A stretch of 64,000 nucleotides of DNA from a virus (lineage: Duplodnaviria > Caudoviricetes). Numbering within the stretch: position 1 is the stretch's first letter; each line of letters begins with the position of its first letter. The notes under the pieces are model-generated. The model saw only the letters and a program-made list of their open reading frames with translations. It had not been told where the DNA came from and did not search any database. The DNA lies in IMG/VR virus record IMGVR_UViG_3300015607_004160; one strand, written 5' to 3'. Shown here one piece after another: positions 10,625 through 20,576 of this stretch. The position numbers and the translations under genes were made by a program.

Positions 10625-11026
10625 TTACCTATATTTTTTGTTTAGAAGTTCTTTAGACTTAGATGGGTTGTCAACTCCCCATTTTTCTATCATGGTTTTT
10701 TGTATCTTTTTCTTGATCTCCTTGCTTTGAATTGGATAATCAACCCCATAGTTAAGGCTCAGTGATTTCTTTCTTTTATGTTCGGAACATTTTCGACAAT
10801 AGTATTCACCCCATTTATTACCATATTTAACGTAATTTTTAAAAATTACATCTTTAATAGTTCCACACTTATCACATTGGCAACTTATTTTTTGATGACT
10901 GCCTGTTGATAACAGTTCAATTGGTATTGTTAATTTATCACCAATTGATACATCGTATCCTAACTCTTCATAATAAGAATAGTTGGACTCGTTTATCTTT
11001 ATGGAAGCTTCTCTTGTTAATATCAT
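10625..11026 (-). CDS. homing-endonuclease-associated N-terminal module (Zn ribbon plus YGVD repeats), no nuclease domain
   Basis: CDKC/CRKC, NYGVDYP, KWGVDNPS; resembles the N-terminus of 47062-47922. Confidence 0.6.
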   Translation of the reverse strand: MILTREASIKINESNYSYYEELGYDVSIGDKLTIPIELLSTGSHQKISCQCDKCGTIKDVIFKNYVKYGNKWGEYYCRKCSEHKRKKSLSLNYGVDYPIQSKEIKKKIQKTMIEKWGVDNPSKSKELLNKKYR

Positions 11027-11254
11027 TTTTTTAGTTTTTAAATTGTTCCTGTAAAAAAGTATCTATTTATAAAATAATTTAATAAATATTAAAATCACCA
11101 TTTTTTACGAAAATTTCAAGCTTAATTACATTATTAATGATTATTATAGGATTCAAATTTGGTAAAGTTTTTCCTTTGTCTATAAATAATCCACCTTTAA
11201 AATTTTGAGGTTTTTAGAGATGAATATATACTTTACAAAAATAAATTCAAATAA

Positions 11255-13435
11255 ATGAAACCAGTATTAATTGTTGAAAACAATACAACCCCACTTAGTA
11301 TGAATGAAAACGCTGAAGGCGCTAGTAAGAAAGACTATGTGTTAGGTGGTATATTTACTGAGTTTGGTGTTAAAAACAGAAATGAAAGAATTTACACTGC
11401 AGACAAATTTATTCCATGTTTAGATGAATTAAACGAAAGAATAAATACTATGGGTGTAGTTTATGGTGAATTCGATCATCCTGATGTATTTGATACTTCA
11501 TTATCAAGATCTTCTCACCTTATTCAAAAAGCATTTTATGTTAAGGAGAGCAATAGGGTTGATGGTCAAATTAGATTATTAAATACTTATTGGGGTAAAG
11601 AAGCAAAAGCATTAGTAGATGATGGTTGTCCAATGTTCGTTTCATCAAGAGCTGCTGGTATTACAGAAGCTAATGGAACAGTTACATTGAAGAAGTTATT
11701 CACTTACGACATTGTAGCTGACCCAGGTTTTGCTTCTGCTAGATTGACATCAGTAAATGAGTCATTTGGTTACACAGACAACGCTAACTTTAGGATATAT
11801 GAAATGTCCGACGAGTCAAAAATTAACGAACTATTCAACATGAACAAAAATGAATTCGTTACCAAAGATCAATTGACAGATTATTCTAAGTATATAATCA
11901 ATGAGATTGCATCTACTAAAAAGGAAGTTAAATCTGCCTTAAAAACTGGTAACTTAAATCCGAAAAAATTAGAGCAACTTTTAGAGTACTACGAAGAGTT
12001 AAACAAAACTAACGAGCAAGTTGTTAAGTATTTAGATTACTTAGCAGAAAAAGTTCAAGTTGTAGTTAATGAAAACAAATCATTAAAATCAACTACTGAA
12101 AAATTAGTAAGTCACAATGACTACTTAGCTGAAAATTTAGAAAAAGCTATTAATTATTCTGAATACTTAGCTGAAAGCTTAGATAAGAACATTACTTACT
12201 CTGAATACTTAGCTGAAAATATCGACAAAAACATTACTTATTCTGAATATTTAGCTGAAAATATCGACAAAAACATTACTTATTCTGAATATTTAGCTGA
12301 GAATCTTGATAAGAATATTGCTTATTCTGAATATATCGCTGAAAACTTGGATAAGAACATTGCATACTCTGAGTATATCGCTGAAAATCTTGATAAGAAT
12401 ATTTCTTATTCTGAATATTTAGCTGAACACTTAGATAACTCAATTGCTTATTCTGAATATTTAGCAGAGCATGTAGAAGGAAATATCGCATATTCCGAAT
12501 ACATTGCAGAACATTTAGATGATAACATTGCTTATTCTGAATATATCGCTGAAAACTTAGACAAAACTGTAACTTATGCAGGCATGATTTCTGAGAAATT
12601 AAACGGTGGTAAAGTATTCGAAAATAGTGGTGAATCATTCCCAACACTTAACGAAGCAGGATTTGAATTGCTTCCTGAAGAAGAAGAAGAAGACGAATAT
12701 GATGAAGAATTTCCTTTGGATGATGAATATACTTCCGAAGTAGGATTACCTGGTGAAGAAGAATTTGTTGAAGAAGAAGGATTACCTAGTTCTGAATTAC
12801 CTGGTGAAGAAGTTTTACCTGGTCAATTAGATAATCAGGAAGATTGTGATGAATGTGGTAATGAAGAAGTTGGTGAAGAAGAAAGAGTATTTGGTGAAAA
12901 TACTGAATATAATGGAGAATCAGATAGCGACCTATCTTTACAAATAGACAAACTAATCGAAGAAGCTAAAAAACGTAAAGTTTCTGAGTCAAACGATTTA
13001 AATTTCTTAAAATTCTTAAACAAGTCTCAAGTTGATAGTTATTATGAACTTTCTAACGATGAGCAAGAACAAGTTAAACTTTACATAAACGAAAAGAGTT
13101 ATTACTCAAGTTCTGATGTTTTAAAATTAATCTCTGAAGCACTTTCAGTTAAGAATGAATCAATTGAAGAAAAATTAGTCAGATTGATGCCTGAAAACAT
13201 TAAGCCAATCTGGAGTCAGCTAAATGAAGCATCTAGAAAATCTATCTTATCTCAAGCTAGATTATACCCAGAATTAAATACTGAATCAAAAGTAGAACAT
13301 TTCTGGTTAACTAGAAATCTCAAGAAAAATGAATCTGTAACTAAGAAGTTAGTCGCTCACGAAAGCCTAATACAAGAAGATAGACTTTCAGACAGTGAAG
13401 TTAACGCAATTATGGAAAGATTCAGAAGCATTTAA
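11255..13435 (+). CDS. prohead protease (gp21-like) fused to a scaffold-like repeat region
   Basis: GIF...KNRNERIY, GEFDHP, VSSRAAG, TYDIVADPG; then coiled-coil repeats and an acidic region; directly upstream of the capsid gene. Confidence 0.9.
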   Translation: MKPVLIVENNTTPLSMNENAEGASKKDYVLGGIFTEFGVKNRNERIYTADKFIPCLDELNERINTMGVVYGEFDHPDVFDTSLSRSSHLIQKAFYVKESNRVDGQIRLLNTYWGKEAKALVDDGCPMFVSSRAAGITEANGTVTLKKLFTYDIVADPGFASARLTSVNESFGYTDNANFRIYEMSDESKINELFNMNKNEFVTKDQLTDYSKYIINEIASTKKEVKSALKTGNLNPKKLEQLLEYYEELNKTNEQVVKYLDYLAEKVQVVVNENKSLKSTTEKLVSHNDYLAENLEKAINYSEYLAESLDKNITYSEYLAENIDKNITYSEYLAENIDKNITYSEYLAENLDKNIAYSEYIAENLDKNIAYSEYIAENLDKNISYSEYLAEHLDNSIAYSEYLAEHVEGNIAYSEYIAEHLDDNIAYSEYIAENLDKTVTYAGMISEKLNGGKVFENSGESFPTLNEAGFELLPEEEEEDEYDEEFPLDDEYTSEVGLPGEEEFVEEEGLPSSELPGEEVLPGQLDNQEDCDECGNEEVGEEERVFGENTEYNGESDSDLSLQIDKLIEEAKKRKVSESNDLNFLKFLNKSQVDSYYELSNDEQEQVKLYINEKSYYSSSDVLKLISEALSVKNESIEEKLVRLMPENIKPIWSQLNEASRKSILSQARLYPELNTESKVEHFWLTRNLKKNESVTKKLVAHESLIQEDRLSDSEVNAIMERFRSI
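12122..12583 (+). repeat. 11 x 42-bp (14-aa) repeat Y[LI]AE[NHS][LIV]DKNI.YSE
   Basis: counted from the translation. Confidence 0.9.
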
Positions 13436-13479
13436 TCTATGAAAATAGACTAAAAAAAAACTAATCTACGAAAGTAGAC
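13433..13479 (+). promoter_or_regulatory. two tandem GAAA-tetraloop hairpins in the capsid gene leader
   Basis: TAA-TCTAT GAAA ATAGA-C and TAA-TCTAC GAAA GTAGA-C; compensatory T-A to C-G change. Confidence 0.65.
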
Positions 13480-13498
13480 AAAAAAACAAACAAAAAAA

Positions 13499-15184
13499 AT
13501 GTCACACATTAGAATAGACAAACAAAAAGCTTTCAAGAAATGGGCTCCTGTATTGGAGAACATGGGTGTTGTTAGCGAAGAAAAATTAGACTGGTTATCA
13601 GAATATGCTGAGTACCACTCTATCAATGAAAATGCATACCTTAACGCAGGTATCGCAGGTATGGGTTCAATAACCGCTCCTCAGCCTTCAACTTGGGCAG
13701 GTAGTACTATCGGTACTAACTGGTCTAGCCATGGTGGTCAAGTCGGTTCTGGTGATTTAGGTCAAAACCTTTTACCAGTAGCTATGAAAATTGCAGCTCA
13801 AACAATTGGTCTTGACCTTGTTGCTGTAAAACCTACTCCTGGTCCAAAAATCGACTTACTTTACATCGACTTCCAGTATGATGATAGTAATCTTGATAAC
13901 AATGAAAGACCTCAGGTTTTCAAAGTTAACGTTACTAGCACTAGTGAAGCTGCTGCTGTTGTTGCAGGTTTAACTGCTGCTTTAGTAAGTGCTTCAATCA
14001 CTCAAACTCAGGGTGGTTTAGCTGGTGGTAGATTATTCCAGAACATCAACACTGGTTCAACATCAACAACTGACCCAGCAACTAGTGGTGTTTCTAAACA
14101 ATATTGGACAGAATTCTTAGGATTCTCTCGTATTGATGGTTACCCAATGTTTAAGGCTTACAGACAAGCTAACGCTTTCGGTGCTGTAACTCCTAGCAGT
14201 GTAACTGGTCCTGCTCCTTGGGCATTTGACCAAACTAAAAACACTTTCAACCCAACTGCCTCTATGGTGGCTCAAATCACTTTACTTGGTGGTACTGCAG
14301 TTTCTGCATGTACAGTTGAATTAGTGTCTGCTCTTGAAGATCACATTCCTGGATTCGTATCTAACTGGACTAACGGTGGTACTTATCCAATGTCTCGTCA
14401 AGATGATGATAACAGCTACGCTGGTGTTATCGGACCTAAAGTTTCTTCTAAATCTATCGCAGTTGGTACTATTGAAGTATCTTCAGCTCTTAGAAGAAGT
14501 GAAATTGAAGATATCAAAGCTAACACTGGTATGGACATCGTTCAAAAGATGGAGTCTATCCTTGTTAATGAGTTATCTCAAACAATTTCTAAGCAAATCA
14601 TTGCTAAAATCTTCGAATTAGGTGCATTAAACAGAACATCTGCTCCTACGAGAGGTGGTAGTCCTTTATTTGACTTAGACACATCTTATGTTGGTACTTC
14701 TGGCCCAGGTGGTGAAACTACACACGCTGTACAAAGAAAACTTATCACTAAGTTAGTACACGCTTCTAACTTCATCGCAACTGAAGGTCGTGTTGGTCCT
14801 GCACAATTTGCAGTTACTAACGGAGGTCTTGCAGCAGCTTTCATGGATGTAGCTGGTTACACAATTAACCCTGCTAAATCTAAGATCAATGGTTCAGGTC
14901 AATTATACCCTGTAGGTCAAATCGGTGATATCACTGTTTATGTTGATCCTTACATGAAGTATAACGACAACAGAATCGTTCTTGGTAGAAAGAACAACCC
15001 TGATCAACCTGGTGTTATCTTTGTTCCATACTTAATGGCACAATCTATCAGCATCATTTCTGAAGCTACATTCGCTCCTAGAATGTTATTACGTTCAAGA
15101 TATGCAGTAGCTGAAGTTGGTTGGTTCCCACAAAAACAGTATATGCAACTTAACGTTACAGACGCTGGTGGATTCCTTAACTAA
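13499..15184 (+). CDS. major capsid protein (T4 gp23-like)
   Basis: KKWAPVLE, DLVAVKP..GP, VYVDPY, GVIFVPY, F.PR....SRY; strong codon bias. Confidence 0.95.
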   Translation: MSHIRIDKQKAFKKWAPVLENMGVVSEEKLDWLSEYAEYHSINENAYLNAGIAGMGSITAPQPSTWAGSTIGTNWSSHGGQVGSGDLGQNLLPVAMKIAAQTIGLDLVAVKPTPGPKIDLLYIDFQYDDSNLDNNERPQVFKVNVTSTSEAAAVVAGLTAALVSASITQTQGGLAGGRLFQNINTGSTSTTDPATSGVSKQYWTEFLGFSRIDGYPMFKAYRQANAFGAVTPSSVTGPAPWAFDQTKNTFNPTASMVAQITLLGGTAVSACTVELVSALEDHIPGFVSNWTNGGTYPMSRQDDDNSYAGVIGPKVSSKSIAVGTIEVSSALRRSEIEDIKANTGMDIVQKMESILVNELSQTISKQIIAKIFELGALNRTSAPTRGGSPLFDLDTSYVGTSGPGGETTHAVQRKLITKLVHASNFIATEGRVGPAQFAVTNGGLAAAFMDVAGYTINPAKSKINGSGQLYPVGQIGDITVYVDPYMKYNDNRIVLGRKNNPDQPGVIFVPYLMAQSISIISEATFAPRMLLRSRYAVAEVGWFPQKQYMQLNVTDAGGFLN

Positions 15185-15196
15185 TCCTCAGATTAG

Positions 15197-15234
15197 AAAT
15201 AAAAAACCCTCTCAATTGAGAGGGTTTTTTATTT
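15197..15234. terminator. intrinsic (bidirectional) terminator after the capsid gene
   Basis: perfect palindrome AAATAAAAAACCCTCTCAATTGAGAGGGTTTTTTATTT. Confidence 0.9.
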
Positions 15235-15284
15235 AGTTAGATAAATAGTTGAAGGGTATCTCTATTAATTTAATATATACTAAT

Positions 15285-16046
15285 ATGATTACGGGAATTT
15301 ATAAAATCACATGTATTCCAAATAATAGAATATATATTGGATCGGCAAAAAATATAAAGATAAGATGGAATAGACATATTAATGATCTTAACTTAGATAA
15401 ACATATAAATATATATATGCAAAGATCATTCAATAAATATGGAATAGATAATTTTAAATTTGAGATAGTTGAAAAGTGTGATACAAATATTTTATTGATA
15501 CGAGAGCAATACTATTTGGATTTATATAAACCATATATAAATGGATTTAATATAGGAATTTCATCTTCCGGTGGTGATAATCTATCATACAATCCAAATA
15601 AAAAGGAAATATGTGATAAAATTAGTAAATCACTAATTTTAACTTTTTCCAATATGACTAAAGAAGAAAAAATTATTAAATTTTCAAAACCAATGGAGAA
15701 AAATCCGAATTGGCAAAATGGAAAATCAAAGATTGTTTATTATTGCGAATGTGGAAGAACTAAAAAGCAAAATACCAATAAATGCATTAAATGTTTTGAT
15801 AAATCTGGTGATAAAAATCCATTTTTTGGCAAGAAACACTCTAAAGAATCAATAGAAAAGATGTCAAAAAGTGCATTAACTAGAGGGTATAAAGGATCAC
15901 AGAACACACCTGTAATAATAAATGAAATTGAATATTCATCATTAGGAGAGGCTTCAAATCAACTAAACATACCAATAACAACAATAAGATGGAGAATTTT
16001 AAGTAAAAATAAAAAATACAAGGAGTATAAATATAAATCTATATAG
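15285..16046 (+). CDS. GIY-YIG homing endonuclease with NUMOD-type DNA-binding repeats
   Basis: GIYKI..YIGS..R, REQ, NPFFGKKHS.E, Y.SL.EA. Confidence 0.9.
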   Translation: MITGIYKITCIPNNRIYIGSAKNIKIRWNRHINDLNLDKHINIYMQRSFNKYGIDNFKFEIVEKCDTNILLIREQYYLDLYKPYINGFNIGISSSGGDNLSYNPNKKEICDKISKSLILTFSNMTKEEKIIKFSKPMEKNPNWQNGKSKIVYYCECGRTKKQNTNKCIKCFDKSGDKNPFFGKKHSKESIEKMSKSALTRGYKGSQNTPVIINEIEYSSLGEASNQLNIPITTIRWRILSKNKKYKEYKYKSI

Positions 16047-16869
16047 CAATTTCTATATCTGATGATAACTTTTTTATTCCATTCACATTCTTAATATAGA
16101 AATCGTCAATACTAAAGTCATAAAAATCTTTCTTTGATTTCAGTTCAATATATGGGCAATCATTAATCGGCGATCTACTTAATATCTCTAATGCTGCATC
16201 ATAATGTCTATCATATATATGTAGGTTCTGAACAAAATGACAGAATTTGCCAACTTTATACCCCAGGTGTGAGGCAAACATCATTTGTAAAGAAACATAT
16301 TGTATTTTATTTATATATCCCGCCATTATATAATCGTTAGACCTCTGATTTAAAGTTAGATCTAAAAGTAAGTCATCATTTTTTTTTCTAACACTCCAAA
16401 TAGTCTCATAAGCACATGGATATAAACCTTTCGTTTCTCTTAGGTCATTTTCTTGATACAGATTTATGATATGTCTCCTAGAAAATGGATCATTTTTAAG
16501 ATTTTTTAGGATATTATTAACAAAATCATATTTTCTGATAGTTGCACCATATCGTTGTCCGATTGTTTTATCACCAATGTCCCATTCATTCCACCAATTA
16601 ATTCCCATATCCATAGCATCTTTTAAAGAGTTTGACTGCTTTTGATATATCCAAAGTATTTCCTTTATACCAGTTTTAATGGCAGTATTCCTCAATGTTG
16701 TTATTGGGAACTCTGCCTTGGAAATATCATATTCTTCAAAAACTTGTGTTATAAATTTACTATGTGCTGGTGTCCCATCTTTATATTTTGGTCGAGGATT
16801 AGAATCCAATGACCCCTCATTTATAATTTTTTTTAAATTTTCCTTATAGTAAAAATCTGCCTTATTCAT
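16039..16869 (-). CDS. thyA: thymidylate synthase
   Basis: EILW, SRR, PC, QRSND.....IN (Asn at D+8), NLHIYDRH. Confidence 0.93.
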   Translation of the reverse strand: MNKADFYYKENLKKIINEGSLDSNPRPKYKDGTPAHSKFITQVFEEYDISKAEFPITTLRNTAIKTGIKEILWIYQKQSNSLKDAMDMGINWWNEWDIGDKTIGQRYGATIRKYDFVNNILKNLKNDPFSRRHIINLYQENDLRETKGLYPCAYETIWSVRKKNDDLLLDLTLNQRSNDYIMAGYINKIQYVSLQMMFASHLGYKVGKFCHFVQNLHIYDRHYDAALEILSRSPINDCPYIELKSKKDFYDFSIDDFYIKNVNGIKKLSSDIEIAI

Positions 16870-17132
16870 ATTAAATCATTTATTTTTTCGTTCCTAGCAT
16901 CAGAGATAGATCTATTATAATTACATTTATGACAATGTTCTATTTTTTCTGAATAGAAATTGATTTTATTAAATTCATGTGAACATTTAATTTGTAAAAA
17001 CATGGATTTATGATAATCATATATACTTTTCTTTTCAGATATTGAAAGATCAGACCACCAATCTTCTATATCCTTTGATAAAGATATGTTGTATTCCCTT
17101 GATTGATCCTCAGTTAGTGTTTGCATCATATT
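16866..17132 (-). CDS. hypothetical protein with C-terminal RNEKINDLI motif
   Basis: ORF; start uncertain. Confidence 0.55.
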   Translation of the reverse strand, partial: NMMQTLTEDQSREYNISLSKDIEDWWSDLSISEKKSIYDYHKSMFLQIKCSHEFNKINFYSEKIEHCHKCNYNRSISDARNEKINDLI

Positions 17133-17913
17133 ATTTTTTATATTTTTTCCACTTTGGATCAAACCAAAATGTTCTTTTATTTGAATCTTTCATAGAGTCA
17201 CCTTTTTGATAATAAACCCAATCTATAAATGACTGTGAATCGGTATCAAATGGATTTTTCCAATCTCTTAGTTGGCCACCATTTAATTGATATGATTTTA
17301 TAGGAATATCCTTACACAAATCAAGTATTTCTGGTCTATTTTTAATTATATCCCTAGCACTTTGAAATGGATTTTCATCTAAATAATAAAGAATAGTAGA
17401 CCTAAGATAGTTTCCTATACCATTGAAATATTTTTGATTCAATAATGCTTCATAAATTGGTTTATTAAAATCTTTTTTATCTAAGTTGGATATGATATTT
17501 TTCTTAAAATTTTCAAAATCTTTCATCGGATCTGGTCCTCGTTTTGTTCCACTAAATGGTTTATTAATATTATACTTCGGACCCATATATCCACCATGTA
17601 ATAATAAAGAGTGTCCAGTTTCATCATCGAGTCTTAAGCGAACATATTTGGTATCATTCCACTCATTTGTTTTAACATATTTCCAATTACCACTCATTCC
17701 CATAAAAACAAAAATATTAATAGGATCCCTATCTCTAAAAGATAAGTTAAGATTAAGTTCTTTCCCATTATTGGTAGAATGTATTACAAACTTAGAATTT
17801 AAATATTCATTTGGAATATTTCCCTTTTCAACATTGTAGATTTTAACATACCTGTTATTGCTATGTTGATTAATATATTCAGACATTATTTTACACTCAG
17901 GTAATTCTGGCAT
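17131..17913 (-). CDS. Fpg/Nei DNA glycosylase, NEIL1-like (zincless finger)
   Basis: N-terminal PELPE, GKEL, GMSG, GPDP, LLNQKYFNGIGNYLR, C-terminal D...RTFWF with no Cys4 finger. Confidence 0.88.
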   Translation of the reverse strand: MPELPECKIMSEYINQHSNNRYVKIYNVEKGNIPNEYLNSKFVIHSTNNGKELNLNLSFRDRDPINIFVFMGMSGNWKYVKTNEWNDTKYVRLRLDDETGHSLLLHGGYMGPKYNINKPFSGTKRGPDPMKDFENFKKNIISNLDKKDFNKPIYEALLNQKYFNGIGNYLRSTILYYLDENPFQSARDIIKNRPEILDLCKDIPIKSYQLNGGQLRDWKNPFDTDSQSFIDWVYYQKGDSMKDSNKRTFWFDPKWKKYKK

Positions 17914-17983
17914 ACTTACATTATTTTTACTACAGAGATTATATAATCTAATATATATTTTATATAAAATATATAAAAAGTTT

Positions 17984-18970
17984 ATGAAAAGTAGAAGTGC
18001 ATTTATTCAATATGTAAATGAGATAGAACTTTGTAAAAATAAAGTAGAATTAAAAATTACACTTTTGAAGATAAGAGAAGAAATTAAAAATAATAGATCA
18101 TTTTCATTTTTTTTAATTAAAAATAAAAGTGTTTCACAGAAAGTTAAAAGTATTTATTTATATAATAATTCAATAAAAGAATCTGTTTTTAGAATATTAA
18201 ATGATATTGATCATGATGTAATTTGTCAGTGTGGAGGACTGTGTAGATTTTTAGATAATAATAGAGGATATCAATCCTCATGTGGATCACATAGGTGTAT
18301 ATTTGTAAATAAAAAAAGGAATGAAAGTTCAAATAAAACATTTTTATTAAAATATGGAACACATCCTATGAAAACAGAAGCAACAAAAAATAAATTAAGA
18401 AAATCAATTATTGATAAATATAGTGTAGATAGTCCAATGAAGGTTGAAGAAGTTAAACAGAAAGTTAAAAAGACTAACCTTAAAAAATATGGAGTGGAAC
18501 ACGCAATACAATCTGATATAATAAAAGATAGAGTAAGGAAGGCAAATTTTGAAAAATATGGAGGACACCCAATGCAAAAAGAAGAAAACTTTCTAAATAA
18601 TTTAAGGTCGAGAGTAAAATTTAAAAATTATACATTACCATCAGGTAAAATAATCAAAATTCAAGGATATGAAAATATAGCCTTGGATATTTTACTCTTG
18701 AAATATAAAGAAGATGATATTTTGTACACAGTCAAGGATATAAATAAGGTCACTGGGGTAATCTATTACATGGATGATAAAAATATCAGAAGAAGATACT
18801 ACCCAGATTTTTATATAAAATCCATAAATAAGATTTATGAGGCTAAATCAATATGGACATATCAGTCTAAAATAGAAAAAAACAAGAAAAAAATGGAAGC
18901 CTGTCATAGAATGGGTATGTACTTTGAATTTATAATATGTGACTATAAAGGCAATAGGATTTTTTTATAA
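17984..18970 (+). CDS. putative homing endonuclease (KYG repeats plus PD-(D/E)xK domain)
   Basis: KYGTHP/KYGVEH/KYGGHP repeats; YYPDFY...YEAKS. Confidence 0.75.
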   Translation: MKSRSAFIQYVNEIELCKNKVELKITLLKIREEIKNNRSFSFFLIKNKSVSQKVKSIYLYNNSIKESVFRILNDIDHDVICQCGGLCRFLDNNRGYQSSCGSHRCIFVNKKRNESSNKTFLLKYGTHPMKTEATKNKLRKSIIDKYSVDSPMKVEEVKQKVKKTNLKKYGVEHAIQSDIIKDRVRKANFEKYGGHPMQKEENFLNNLRSRVKFKNYTLPSGKIIKIQGYENIALDILLLKYKEDDILYTVKDINKVTGVIYYMDDKNIRRRYYPDFYIKSINKIYEAKSIWTYQSKIEKNKKKMEACHRMGMYFEFIICDYKGNRIFL

Positions 18971-18984
18971 TTAAATCTTTTTGT

Positions 18985-19290
18985 TTAGATTGCCTCTAGT
19001 ATCGTATCTAAGTTATAATCTCTTAGGTTCATTTTCTGAATAGTAGCTTCAATTTTCTTGTGTTTTATTTTGTGTATTTTTATCACTTTGAAAACTGTAT
19101 ACATTGATCGATAGGTTCGTCCATATGTATCATTCATTAAAACTTTGAATACTCTTTGTCCGTTATTTATAAAATTTCTCATTTTACTAACACTTTCAAA
19201 CTCTATTCCGACTTCGGCTTCCTCACCATCTTCATAGCTTCTGTATCTATCAGAAAAAGATAATTTTAGTTCTACTTGATTGTACATCAT
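18985..19290 (-). CDS. hypothetical protein
   Basis: ORF ending LRDYNLDTIL. Confidence 0.6.
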   Translation of the reverse strand: MMYNQVELKLSFSDRYRSYEDGEEAEVGIEFESVSKMRNFINNGQRVFKVLMNDTYGRTYRSMYTVFKVIKIHKIKHKKIEATIQKMNLRDYNLDTILEAI

Positions 19291-19712
19291 ACTAATTCGC
19301 TTAATCTTTTGTCCCTTATTAATGATAACAATTTTGGATCATTATAGGGTACATTTTCTGTGTGAAAAATAATTTTTGTATTATACCTATCCTTTATTTC
19401 ACATTCAAGATATATAGCATATTCTTTTTTATCTTTTAAATCACCAAATGAAATGAGTGATACTTTATTTGGAAGATTAAGAAATTCACTAAATTCATCA
19501 TTACCAAGATAAGACGATTTAAAATTTTCAATTGTAATAAATAAATTAACGTATTCAGATATTAACGGAAGTTTATCATTCATTTCCGTGGAAAAGGTAT
19601 CTGATTTTACTACACTATGAATCATATACCTTTCGAGACGATAACGCATTTGAATATAAAATCTTCTCCAAAATGAAGGAACTGATTTATCACGCTTTTT
19701 AAAAATATTCAT
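19287..19712 (-). CDS. hypothetical protein
   Basis: ORF ending IRDKRLSELV. Confidence 0.6.
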   Translation of the reverse strand: MNIFKKRDKSVPSFWRRFYIQMRYRLERYMIHSVVKSDTFSTEMNDKLPLISEYVNLFITIENFKSSYLGNDEFSEFLNLPNKVSLISFGDLKDKKEYAIYLECEIKDRYNTKIIFHTENVPYNDPKLLSLIRDKRLSELV

Positions 19713-20011
19713 ATTATTTCGTTTATTTTATAATTTCTAACAAAAGGTATCAAAACCGGATTTTTATGAGGGAATTCAGTATCAATCGCCATGTATTTAT
19801 TATACATACCATCAGCATAAAGGCAATATCCAAGCGATTCAAAATTTGATGATGGGAACGGGAATAATGGAACTACAAAAAATGTATTAGAAACAATTTT
19901 TGATTGATTATTACATATTTCTATAATATCCTCAATATTATCTGTTGATGATAGTAATTTAGAATTGTGTATATTACCTTTATTATCTGATATATCGTAA
20001 ACCAAATACAT
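19709..20011 (-). CDS. hypothetical protein
   Basis: ORF ending VRNYKINEII. Confidence 0.6.
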   Translation of the reverse strand: MYLVYDISDNKGNIHNSKLLSSTDNIEDIIEICNNQSKIVSNTFFVVPLFPFPSSNFESLGYCLYADGMYNKYMAIDTEFPHKNPVLIPFVRNYKINEII

Positions 20012-20526
20012 TACTTAAAAATTTCATATGTATCTAATGGTTGTCTTGGTTCAGAACTTAAAAGTTCAAACCTTTTACAACATTCTAAAATATATTTAGA
20101 GTGATCAATGTTCTTTTCATTGGCGGTACCTAAAGTTAAGTGTAATCCAAAATAAGGATCTCTTGCCAAACCAAGAGCTTCTCTGATATCTTCTGCTTCA
20201 GGAGACCATACTCTCAACCACCAGTGTTGACCATTGGAACGAGGCATATTTTGGTAGTAGAAAGTAATTTCTTTACCATTGAAAACATTAGATGCTTCCA
20301 TAAATAATTCTCTATCCATTCTATCAGAAATGAAGGTAACGTGAGTTCCTCTAAGTGGTTTATTTAAAATCAAGTTAAACCTTGTTTTTAAAAACCAAGC
20401 ATAGTAATCCGCTATGTCGCAATTTGTTTTAATCATTGCGACACATTTCCAAGAGGATTGATTTTTGTGCTTTTTAGTCACATCCTGAGGAGTAAAGTCT
20501 AATATGCCTTTTATCTTAAATAACAT
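20011..20526 (-). CDS. 2H phosphoesterase-family protein
   Basis: two HxT motifs: GTHVTFI and GLHLTLG. Confidence 0.65.
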   Translation of the reverse strand: MLFKIKGILDFTPQDVTKKHKNQSSWKCVAMIKTNCDIADYYAWFLKTRFNLILNKPLRGTHVTFISDRMDRELFMEASNVFNGKEITFYYQNMPRSNGQHWWLRVWSPEAEDIREALGLARDPYFGLHLTLGTANEKNIDHSKYILECCKRFELLSSEPRQPLDTYEIFK

Positions 20527-20530
20527 AGTA

Positions 20531-20562
20531 CAAAGATACGATTTTTAGAGGAAATAACCAAA
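20531..20562 (-). promoter_or_regulatory. Bacteroidota-type housekeeping promoter (TTTG-N20-TATCTTTG)
   Basis: -33/-7 consensus; ATG 4 nt downstream. Confidence 0.75.
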
Positions 20563-20576
20563 TTAATATATACACT

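Noticed and set aside
10343-10730. Overlapping ORFs on the portal tail, and similar antisense ORFs (12276, 14334, 45651, 56595, 57981)
   Set aside because: Shadow frames of repetitive or biased coding sequence in well-supported genes.
12122-12583. 42-bp periodic repeat as a CRISPR array
   Set aside because: In-frame coding repeat with synonymous variation and no unique spacers.
16039-16869. dCMP hydroxymethylase or DNA hypermodification enzyme
   Set aside because: The Asn that specifies dUMP (D+8 after QRSxD) is present, so an ordinary ThyA is more likely.
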